From positions 68,000 to 131,999 of the IMG/VR virus record IMGVR_UViG_3300027509_000013: 64,000 nucleotides of DNA; one strand, 5' to 3'. The DNA comes from a virus (taxonomy: Duplodnaviria; Caudoviricetes). The notes under the pieces are model-generated. The model searched no databases. It was not told where the DNA came from and was given only the letters and a program-made list of their open reading frames with translations. The translations under genes were made by a program, and so were the position numbers. Positions 7,798 through 14,386 of the stretch are shown here, in pieces (positions within the stretch are counted from its first letter, which is position 1; each line of letters begins with the position of its first letter).

Positions 7798-7874
7798 TTG
7801 GCACAATAGGATTCGAACCTATGTTTTCAACCGCTATCTTAGTCATGCGTATCAGGCATGCCGATTATGTGCCA
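7798..7874 (-). tRNA. tRNA-Ile(GAT), D-armless with long variable region
   Basis: TGGCACA/TGTGCCA; CATGC-CTGATAC-GCATG; ATAGG-TTCGAAT-CCTAT. Confidence 0.8.
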
Positions 7875-7879
7875 ATATG

Positions 7880-7953
7880 CTGCTTTGCAAGGGATCGAAC
7901 CTTGGACCTACGGATTAACAGTCCGCCGCTCTAACCAACTGAGCTACAAAGCA
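7880..7953 (-). tRNA. tRNA-Asn(GTT)
   Basis: GCGGA-CTGTTAA-TCCGT; G73. Confidence 0.95.
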
Positions 7954-8012
7954 ATGTAAGGGTAATCGTAAGATCTCGACGGCCACTTCGGACACCCTAA
8001 AATCGATTATTG

Positions 8013-8085
8013 TGGAGAAGAAGGGCTTCGAACCCTCAACCTTCTGATTGCAAATCAGATGCACGTCCTCTTGTGCTTCAACCCC
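8013..8085 (-). tRNA. tRNA-Ala(TGC)
   Basis: TCTGA-TTTGCAA-TCAGA; G3-U70 present; two U-U mismatches in the acceptor stem. Confidence 0.9.
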
Positions 8086-8088
8086 AAA

Positions 8089-8162
8089 TGGCGGGAGAGG
8101 GAGTCGAACCCTCGTCTTGGGCTTATGAGACCCAGCTGGAACCACCTCCAGTCTACCCCGCA
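8089..8162 (-). tRNA. tRNA-Met(CAT), initiator-like
   Basis: TGGGT-CTCATAA-GCCCA; 1:72 mismatch and a GCGGGG acceptor as in tRNA-fMet. Confidence 0.85.
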
Positions 8163-8175
8163 ATATATTTTCCAT

Positions 8176-8213
8176 AAAAAAAGGGACCAGAAAATTAATC
8201 CTGATCCCTTTTT
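8176..8213 (-). terminator. intrinsic terminator/attenuator before tRNA operon 3
   Basis: Minus strand AGGGATCAGGA-loop-TTCTGGTCCCT followed by a T-tract. Confidence 0.85.
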
Positions 8214-8234
8214 GTATATTGTATGTTACTTACT

Positions 8235-8315
8235 TCAATACATAAAGAGACCAGGTGACGTATCATCGCCTCCGGCTACTATTGTAATATTGATATTGGT
8301 AATAATTTGTTTCAC
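8235..8315 (-). CDS. putative attenuator leader peptide 3 (MKQIITNINITIVAGGDDTSPGLFMY)
   Basis: GTG...TGA; 16 consecutive I/T/N/V/A/G/D codons match downstream tRNAs; promoter TACATTTG at 8335-8342. Confidence 0.85.
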   Translation of the reverse strand: MKQIITNINITIVAGGDDTSPGLFMY

Positions 8316-8372
8316 TTTACTTTTTATTGAATGACAAATGTACATTAAGTTTTATTACTAAGCAACAATTAA

Positions 8373-8807
8373 TCAATAATATCTTTTTGCTTGTAATGCT
8401 ATATCTATTTTAGCCCAGTTTACATAGTCTCTCCCTGTCGGGTTTTTGATCAATGGGCAACATATAGATGCATCATCGATATAAATGTGACAATAAGCTT
8501 TAGGACTTGTAGTCCATGTGTACTGTGTCGGATTTGTTTGGATCCCAAATAAATGAATTTCTCTGTCCTTAAACCAATTCACTGCTTGAGCTAGATAGTC
8601 TCCTGACTCAGTTATGATCTGAGGATCTTCTGATTCTGGATTGACTATATTTGATCTCATGGTAAATAAAATCAAATTATGTCCATTGGCTACTAACTTT
8701 TTAAGAGTCTTTACTGCTCCTGGAACGTCCGCTCCGACTTTAGGAAATTCATGTATCACACATGTTCCATCAAAATCTACCCCTACGTATCTATTTTCTT
8801 GCATCAT
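8373..8807 (-). CDS. HAD-superfamily phosphatase
   Basis: VDFDGT motif I, FTMR, K and YIDD motif IV. Confidence 0.85.
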   Translation of the reverse strand: MMQENRYVGVDFDGTCVIHEFPKVGADVPGAVKTLKKLVANGHNLILFTMRSNIVNPESEDPQIITESGDYLAQAVNWFKDREIHLFGIQTNPTQYTWTTSPKAYCHIYIDDASICCPLIKNPTGRDYVNWAKIDIALQAKRYY

Positions 8808-9531
8808 TGAATAAGCTATTTATTTTTAAATCATTATATCTCTTCTGTCCATCAGTGAAGTAATCTATATCTTTTTCACAAACTACTAAAGTTAGATTCA
8901 TATTATCGATTACATTAAGTTTATTGACAGCTAGAGCTAAACTCATGCTTCCTCCATGGGTGTCTAAGATCTTCTCTCCTGGCTTTGCATATTCCATTAG
9001 TAGCCATTCGTACAACTTAACTGGCTTTTGAGTAGGGTGTATTCTCTTTTCGTTGAGTTTCTTGTTCCCTTGCTGCTTTAGTGCCTTTACTCTATCTTTT
9101 CCACAGTATACTCCTTGCATCATTCCAGAGAACATGTAGTAAACGATGTCCATTCTGTTGCTAAAGCTTTGGTAGGCGATCTCACATCCATATTGGTCCG
9201 CGCCATTTGCTACTATCTTATCCCAGACTATTCTGCCGCCAACAAGATTAGGATAGTAGTTTGCACCCCAGATTATTTGATTCTTACTTACTCTAAATAA
9301 TTCGTCAAAGTACTCTGGTGGACTTCTCTGATCATCCCAATCTTTATGTTTGTATTTCGCTTGTTTTACTGGTCTATATGTTCCATTTGGTTGTTGAGCC
9401 CGACCTGATTTTGTAGAAGGCTTACTAGCACCTATTCCATATTCAAGATCTGGCATGGCTAAGTCGAAAAAGTTATCTCCGAGATCACGCATGAAATCCA
9501 TGTTGTCAGTATGTAGAAGAAGTATACTCAT
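8791..9531 (-). CDS. DNA amino-methyltransferase (N6A/N4C, beta class)
   Basis: HPTQKPVKLY and ILDTHGGSMS motifs; catalytic motif reads DLEY. Confidence 0.85.
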   Translation of the reverse strand: MSILLLHTDNMDFMRDLGDNFFDLAMPDLEYGIGASKPSTKSGRAQQPNGTYRPVKQAKYKHKDWDDQRSPPEYFDELFRVSKNQIIWGANYYPNLVGGRIVWDKIVANGADQYGCEIAYQSFSNRMDIVYYMFSGMMQGVYCGKDRVKALKQQGNKKLNEKRIHPTQKPVKLYEWLLMEYAKPGEKILDTHGGSMSLALAVNKLNVIDNMNLTLVVCEKDIDYFTDGQKRYNDLKINSLFNDARK

Positions 9532-9797
9532 TACAGCGCAGTACCAAGAAGTTGAGCCCCGGATTCAGAAGTATCCTTAGACATAACATATTGTTTTTCT
9601 CCTTCATCATCCCAAACACGATTAGAACAATCTGAACAGTATGTTTTCCCTTCTTCAGTAATAGACCATTCTCCTGCTTCTAAGATATCATCTTTTATTG
9701 CAGATTTCTCACTTAAAGCTACACATCCACTCCAAAGCTCATAGTTCTCTTTGCAGATATCACAAGATGCACACCACATTTTTACTTCTTCTATCAT
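9531..9797 (-). CDS. small Zn-binding hypothetical protein
   Basis: CDIC...CSDC. Confidence 0.65.
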   Translation of the reverse strand: MIEEVKMWCASCDICKENYELWSGCVALSEKSAIKDDILEAGEWSITEEGKTYCSDCSNRVWDDEGEKQYVMSKDTSESGAQLLGTAL

Positions 9798-9901
9798 AAT
9801 TTTTTTATTTTCGAATAACCATCCGCTATCGGACTCCCTACCGATACCTGCTCCTTGGTGATCACCTTACTTTGGACGAGCTACGGATGATTGTTCTTCT
9901 C

Positions 9902-10336
9902 TTAATTAAATCCTAAATCAACTACTCTAGTACTCGGCGCTATCTCTTTCCAATTTCCTAATAATACTTCTGCAGGAGGCAAATCTAGTAAGCTTGCTAA
10001 ATCTATATAGGTGTCATAACATGAAGTAACATATAAATCTTTGAAATAACCCATTATAGCCATATGGTCCTGCAGAGAGATGTTTCTTAGTCTTAGATTT
10101 AAAGAACTGTCATCAATGGTCGACATTAGAATCCAGTAGTCTCCATGGTAACTATCAGGTTGAATAACTACACTGGTTGACTTTCCTCTATACTCAAATG
10201 TATTTGGATTAGCATTGAGAAGGATCTTATGAGTATGAATGCCGACATCATCAGTATAATAGATCCAATGATTCTTGTATAAATCTGGAATAGGCTGATT
10301 ATGTCTGTATTCCCAATCTTTGATGTACTTAATCAT
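9902..10336 (-). CDS. hypothetical protein
   Basis: 144-aa ORF overlapping the upstream stop. Confidence 0.65.
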   Translation of the reverse strand: MIKYIKDWEYRHNQPIPDLYKNHWIYYTDDVGIHTHKILLNANPNTFEYRGKSTSVVIQPDSYHGDYWILMSTIDDSSLNLRLRNISLQDHMAIMGYFKDLYVTSCYDTYIDLASLLDLPPAEVLLGNWKEIAPSTRVVDLGFN

Positions 10337-10769
10337 TATTAAACCGTTTTAACTCTCCACAATTTTGTGCATATTTAATAACTCCTTCCAATACATCTTT
10401 AGTCATTGATTCAATGTCATCATCAGTCATGTCTACACCCAATATTGGACCTTGAACTTTAACTGAAATACTTTGAATTTGACCTATTTTTACGAATCCA
10501 CATTTGTGAGGACAGTTAAATACAGAAACTATGATGTTTTTGTCTTTACCTTCTAATGGCATTTTTACGTGTAAGTAACGTGGATCATTTGGTAATTGAT
10601 AAGGATTATATTTCTCTTTCAGTGCTTCAAGCACAGCATAATAAGCCTTTTTTCTGCCTGGCATTATGTTTCCTGATAAATCTAAAGATTCCTTTAGAAG
10701 AGTTATCTCCTTATCATTCAAATCATTCATGTTGTCGCATACATCCTTAATTGCTTCTCTTATTTCCAT
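10329..10769 (-). CDS. hypothetical protein (start MEIREAIK)
   Basis: ATG at 10769, downstream of the tRNA-like RNA. Confidence 0.65.
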   Translation of the reverse strand: MEIREAIKDVCDNMNDLNDKEITLLKESLDLSGNIMPGRKKAYYAVLEALKEKYNPYQLPNDPRYLHVKMPLEGKDKNIIVSVFNCPHKCGFVKIGQIQSISVKVQGPILGVDMTDDDIESMTKDVLEGVIKYAQNCGELKRFNND

Positions 10770-10782
10770 TATTGTGTATTTG

Positions 10783-10900
10783 AGGCCAGAGCAGGACTCG
10801 AACCTGCAACACATCTTATATCGCTAGAAAATAAAGGTGTCTTAAAAATAAGAAGGATACTCCTAAAAAGTACTGCGTCTACCAATTCCGCCACCTGGCC
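10783..10900 (-). ncRNA. Leu-type tRNA-like RNA with TTA anticodon-like loop and ~50-nt insertion
   Basis: GGCCAGG-TGGCGGAATTGGTAGACGC...GCAGG-TTCGAGT-CCTGC-TCTGGCC; arm GTACT-TTTTAGG-AGTAT. Confidence 0.7.
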
Positions 10901-10916
10901 TTAGATTTTAAAAATC

Positions 10917-10953
10917 GTCAGGGGACGATCAATATCCTTCAGAGTCCCCTGAC
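10917..10953. other. strong hairpin
   Basis: GTCAGGGGAC...GTCCCCTGAC perfect 10-bp inverted repeat. Confidence 0.6.
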
Positions 10954-10964
10954 TTTATATGGTA

Positions 10965-11195
10965 CTATGCTTTTACAAGTATTTATGCTGACAATATAAA
11001 GAATCGCTCTACCCCTAAGCTACCCGACCTTGATTGTTTTTTAGAGGTCGGGATGGGATTCGAACCCATGACCTATTCCTTTAGTTTACTTGTAGCCTTT
11101 CCCATGTATAATCCTGATGCTAAAGCTATTACCTCAACATTAAATCTAATATCTAGCATTTAATGAATCTGAACGTAATGCTTATGCTTCAGGTA
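10965..11195 (-). ncRNA. circularly permuted tRNA-like RNA (Y-RNA/YrlA-like topology) with a 5' hexamer-repeat tract
   Basis: Order is T arm (ATGGG-TTCGAAT-CCCAT), loop-closed acceptor (CCCGACCT/AGGTCGGG), D arm (TAGCTTAGGGGTAGAGC), with closing stem TACAAGTA/TACTTGTA. Confidence 0.75.
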
Positions 11196-11197
11196 AT

Positions 11198-11989
11198 TTA
11201 CTTTTTATGCAAATATGCAAACAAACTGTCAGCAGTAATGCTTGACTTTACACTTTCTACTTCATTAGCTTCTTTCAAAGCCTGAATAACAGCAACTCTA
11301 AGCTTAGATATTCTTGACAATACCTCTGCTTTTTCTCTTTGAGAAAAAGCTCCAGTAAATATTTGACGAGAACCCTCACCTAATGTAACAGTAGTTGTTT
11401 TTTGAGCAACTTTAGGAGTATAGCTAGCTCCATCAATCTTAGAAATATTTGGATCTTCTAAGATGTAATCGACTTTTTCAGTTGTTTTATTCTCAGTACG
11501 AACTAATGGGTTTTCATAGATGCCTTTTCTTCCTTCATAAGACTCTTCTACAGTAGGATTCCACTCAACAGCATCTGATCTAACTGGTATGCTTGAATAC
11601 ATACTCTTAAATTCAGGTGAGTCAATCAAAGATTTTAATCTAAGTAATTCTAAAGTAGACAAATCCTTCCACTTAATGTCATCAAAAATCAAATCAGCTT
11701 TAGCTGCGCCAGAAGCATTAGTAGCTTCTTGATCAAAAAGACTATCTATATAATCCTTAGAACTTAAAGAAAAGTAATCTAATTTTTCATCAACAGTAGT
11801 AACCACTAATTGATTGCTTCTAAGTTTTGGGTCATCTACAGTTTGATCTTTTGGCTCATAAGTTTTCTTTTCACCAAAAAAAGCACCTTGATTTTTAGTG
11901 AAAAACTTAATGTAATTTTGAAGTGCTCTTTTAAATTCCTGACCAAGAGCATCGGTCTTTGCTAATAATACATTTAATTTTACATTCAT
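11198..11989 (-). CDS. uncharacterised protein directly upstream of the permuted tRNA-like RNA
   Basis: 263-aa ORF with its own TACATTTG motif (12008-12015). Confidence 0.85.
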   Translation of the reverse strand: MNVKLNVLLAKTDALGQEFKRALQNYIKFFTKNQGAFFGEKKTYEPKDQTVDDPKLRSNQLVVTTVDEKLDYFSLSSKDYIDSLFDQEATNASGAAKADLIFDDIKWKDLSTLELLRLKSLIDSPEFKSMYSSIPVRSDAVEWNPTVEESYEGRKGIYENPLVRTENKTTEKVDYILEDPNISKIDGASYTPKVAQKTTTVTLGEGSRQIFTGAFSQREKAEVLSRISKLRVAVIQALKEANEVESVKSSITADSLFAYLHKK

Positions 11990-12061
11990 TATAATTCAAT
12001 TTTGAATCAAATGTAAACAAAATATTTTTTAATTAAGCAATAAATAAATATTTTTTTAAAA

Positions 12062-12094
12062 ATAGCTGACATCGGTATTAACGATATCAGCTAT
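12062..12094 (-). terminator. hairpin after tRNA operon 4
   Basis: ATAGCTGA...TCAGCTAT inverted repeat followed by Ts on the minus strand. Confidence 0.55.
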
Positions 12095-12098
12095 ATAG

Positions 12099-12186
12099 CG
12101 GTAAGTGAGAGGATCGAACTCTCAAGGCCTTTCAGCTCGCCATGTTTCAAATATGGTTCCGTCGCCTGCCATCGGATTGACCTACC
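12099..12186 (-). tRNA. tRNA-Ser(TGA)
   Basis: CCATA-TTTGAAA-CATGG; long variable arm; G73. Confidence 0.9.
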
Positions 12187-12192
12187 ATGTTG

Positions 12193-12281
12193 CAGAAGGA
12201 GAGGGATTCGAACCCTCGCTACCAATTAAAGTAGACCTCAGATTAGCAGTCTGGTACTATTACCAACTCAGTCACCCTTCT
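12193..12281 (-). tRNA. tRNA-Ser(GCT)
   Basis: CAGA-CTGCTAA-TCTG; long variable arm; G73. Confidence 0.92.
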
Positions 12282-12285
12282 ATAG

Positions 12286-12369
12286 TGGGAATAGATGGAG
12301 TCGAACCACCCGAGTCATTATAACAACAGATTTACAGTCTGTCCCGCTACCCCTACGGTATATACTCCC
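12286..12369 (-). tRNA. tRNA-Tyr(GTA)
   Basis: ACAGA-CTGTAAA-TCTGT; variable arm. Confidence 0.95.
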
Positions 12370-12373
12370 ATTG

Positions 12374-12447
12374 TACACACGATCGGACTTGAACCGATAA
12401 TCAACGCATTTTAAGTACGTCGGCGTTGCCATTTAGCCTACGTGTGC
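12374..12447 (-). tRNA. tRNA-Leu(TAA), short variable loop
   Basis: ACGTA-CTTAAAA-TGCGT; 5-nt variable loop. Confidence 0.88.
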
Positions 12448-12453
12448 TAAAAG

Positions 12454-12537
12454 TACCGAAGGTGGGACTCGAACCCACAAAGGTGTCACTTTCTAAAAGT
12501 GTGCAGTATGCCTAATTCCCACTTAACCCACTTCGGC
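12454..12537 (-). tRNA. tRNA-Leu(TAG), enlarged D region and short variable loop
   Basis: CACT-TTTAGAA-AGTG; GTGGG-TTCGAGT-CCCAC. Confidence 0.82.
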
Positions 12538-12541
12538 AAAT

Positions 12542-12580
12542 AAAAAAAGCCCATTGCGATATTTCACGCAATGGGCTTTT
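12542..12580 (-). terminator. intrinsic terminator/attenuator before tRNA operon 4
   Basis: Minus strand AGCCCATTGCG-loop-CGCAATGGGCT followed by a T-tract. Confidence 0.88.
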
Positions 12581-12603
12581 GTAGTTCTTAACTTATTTCT
12601 ACA

Positions 12604-12669
12604 TCAATACCGGTTGCGTTCGTCGTTAGACAAATAGAGCAGACTCGATAATGATGATGTATTTTTCAT
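12604..12669 (-). CDS. putative attenuator leader peptide 4 (MKNTSSLSSLLYLSNDERNRY)
   Basis: ATG...TGA; TCA TCA TTA TCG AGT CTG CTC TAT TTG TCT matches Leu/Leu/Tyr/Ser/Ser tRNAs. Confidence 0.85.
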   Translation of the reverse strand: MKNTSSLSSLLYLSNDERNRY

Positions 12670-12680
12670 TGTATTATTTG

Positions 12681-12752
12681 TAACCCGTGAGATAATCGAA
12701 ATCTCCGCTTCACCTTGAAAAGATGACGTCCTGACCACTAGACCAACGGGCC
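12681..12752 (-). tRNA. tRNA-Glu(TTC)
   Basis: TCATC-TTTTCAA-GGTGA. Confidence 0.92.
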
Positions 12753-12793
12753 TAGGTTCCTCAATTTCTATGTTAATATTGTTTCTCACAGTG

Positions 12794-12801
12794 CAAATGT
12801 A
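12794..12801 (-). promoter_or_regulatory. Bacteroidota-type -7 promoter element for tRNA-Glu and operon 4
   Basis: TACATTTG. Confidence 0.6.
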
Positions 12802-13431
12802 CTATAAAATATTGATTCGTTCCCAATCCCACTCAATTAATTCGTCACTGTTATCTCCTTCGATGTAAATTCCTCTATGTGTAACCTTCTTGGCTTCAAG
12901 CTCAGTGTCATCAAAAATAAACTTGTCTCCTGCTATCAGATCATAGATGTTATAGATGATTCTAGTACCATCCTTCATCTGTTTTCTAGCTGATTTCGCT
13001 TTTTCATCTGCTAATTCATTGCCCGGATTGCCATTATGTGATCTTACCCACTTGACATATAGCTTTTTATCTAGTATTCTGGCTAAGTTGATCATTCGTT
13101 CCCAAAGGTGCCTAGCAAAGACTCTCTCTCCATTGCTTTTCATCCATCGATTGTGCTCCCAGGTGTACATCCACCTAGCGACTCCTAATGCTACATACTT
13201 ATTGTCTGTGTAAATTACTGCCTTTCTAAATGACTTGGTATTCTCTACTAGATACTGCAAACTGGCTAATACTGCTCTGACTTCTAACTCAGCACTGTTG
13301 CCTTCTCCATTTCCAAGATTGATTTTTGGGTCATTTCCATCTTCATAGATTACTGAAGCCCATCCTCCAAGACCACCTTTGCCCAAACCTGAGCCATCGG
13401 TGTAAATTGTTGTGTCATAATTCATTCTCAA
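12802..13431 (-). CDS. rnhA: ribonuclease HI
   Basis: YTDGS, AELE, YTDNKY and WVRSHNGNPGNELAD motifs. Confidence 0.93.
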   Translation of the reverse strand: MRMNYDTTIYTDGSGLGKGGLGGWASVIYEDGNDPKINLGNGEGNSAELEVRAVLASLQYLVENTKSFRKAVIYTDNKYVALGVARWMYTWEHNRWMKSNGERVFARHLWERMINLARILDKKLYVKWVRSHNGNPGNELADEKAKSARKQMKDGTRIIYNIYDLIAGDKFIFDDTELEAKKVTHRGIYIEGDNSDELIEWDWERINIL

Positions 13432-13433
13432 AT

Positions 13434-13679
13434 CTACGAAAAAAATAAATTATTTTTATTAATAGTATCACTTTCTTCGTAGATGAGTTGAATTACTCCT
13501 TTTTTGATGTTTCTGATTTTGACTGAAAATTCGCTGATACTAATTCCTCGAGATGAGCAAAACTCTATCGCAGGATCTTCTACTTTGTGTCGGGGGATGC
13601 TTTGGTTGAAGTAATCAGACAATAGATCAAATTCTTCTGGATATAGTTCTTTTATAATTTTTTCTAAGGTCGTGGACAT
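13434..13679 (-). CDS. hypothetical protein
   Basis: Packed ORF. Confidence 0.65.
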   Translation of the reverse strand: MSTTLEKIIKELYPEEFDLLSDYFNQSIPRHKVEDPAIEFCSSRGISISEFSVKIRNIKKGVIQLIYEESDTINKNNLFFS

Positions 13680-13680
13680 T

Positions 13681-14046
13681 TTAGTAGAAGTCTCCGTTCA
13701 TTAATCTTCTTGGTGACCAGTGACTTAATCCCATTACTGTTAATGGCCTAATGATCCTTGATAGTCTGGCTATCAAAAAGTCTTCGTCTACATGAGTTTC
13801 TGCTTCTTTTCTATGCCATTCTTTGACTGTCACTCCTTTTGGAAATGGAGTGAGGTTTTTCATTTGATCAGTAACTAAAGGTGGCCATTCAGCGTAAGAC
13901 TTGACTTTAGCGGCACCAAAATACTTGTAGATTGGCTTTAGTTCTTCTGCGTTTTCTAATTCCCAGGCTTGAACAGCTTCCATAGCTGATGTTGTCAAGT
14001 AGCTATTGTTGTTTGTACAGAATGAGTAATATTTAACTTCTAACAT
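13681..14046 (-). CDS. hypothetical protein
   Basis: Packed ORF. Confidence 0.7.
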   Translation of the reverse strand: MLEVKYYSFCTNNNSYLTTSAMEAVQAWELENAEELKPIYKYFGAAKVKSYAEWPPLVTDQMKNLTPFPKGVTVKEWHRKEAETHVDEDFLIARLSRIIRPLTVMGLSHWSPRRLMNGDFY

Positions 14047-14047
14047 T

Positions 14048-14386
14048 TTAGTTCATTGTTGCTTTTATGAATATCATACCTATATCAACATTAAAGAACA
14101 GTTTTTTATTTGAGCACTGCTCTAAAACCTTATAATAGATTCCTTCCTGGTCTTTATACTGTTTTTCTGCTCTCTCGTTGATAACACCGTGTATTATGGC
14201 TACTTTGTCATACATATCTAAAGACTTACACACCCTACATAGCCTATGTAGTGCTTCCATTTTGTACTTAGAAACAAGACTAGCAAAGAACTCGTTTTTC
14301 AAATAAACAATCTCTACTTTCGGTAATTGACTGTATATCAATCTATCTTCTTCAGACTTAAACTTATCTTTTCTTTTATCAGACAT
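14048..14386 (-). CDS. hypothetical protein
   Basis: Packed ORF. Confidence 0.7.
   Translation of the reverse strand: MSDKRKDKFKSEEDRLIYSQLPKVEIVYLKNEFFASLVSKYKMEALHRLCRVCKSLDMYDKVAIIHGVINERAEKQYKDQEGIYYKVLEQCSNKKLFFNVDIGMIFIKATMN

Noticed and set aside
11105-11192. CRISPR-like array
   Set aside because: Units are only 6-7 nt and degenerate, with no repeat-spacer structure and no cas genes.
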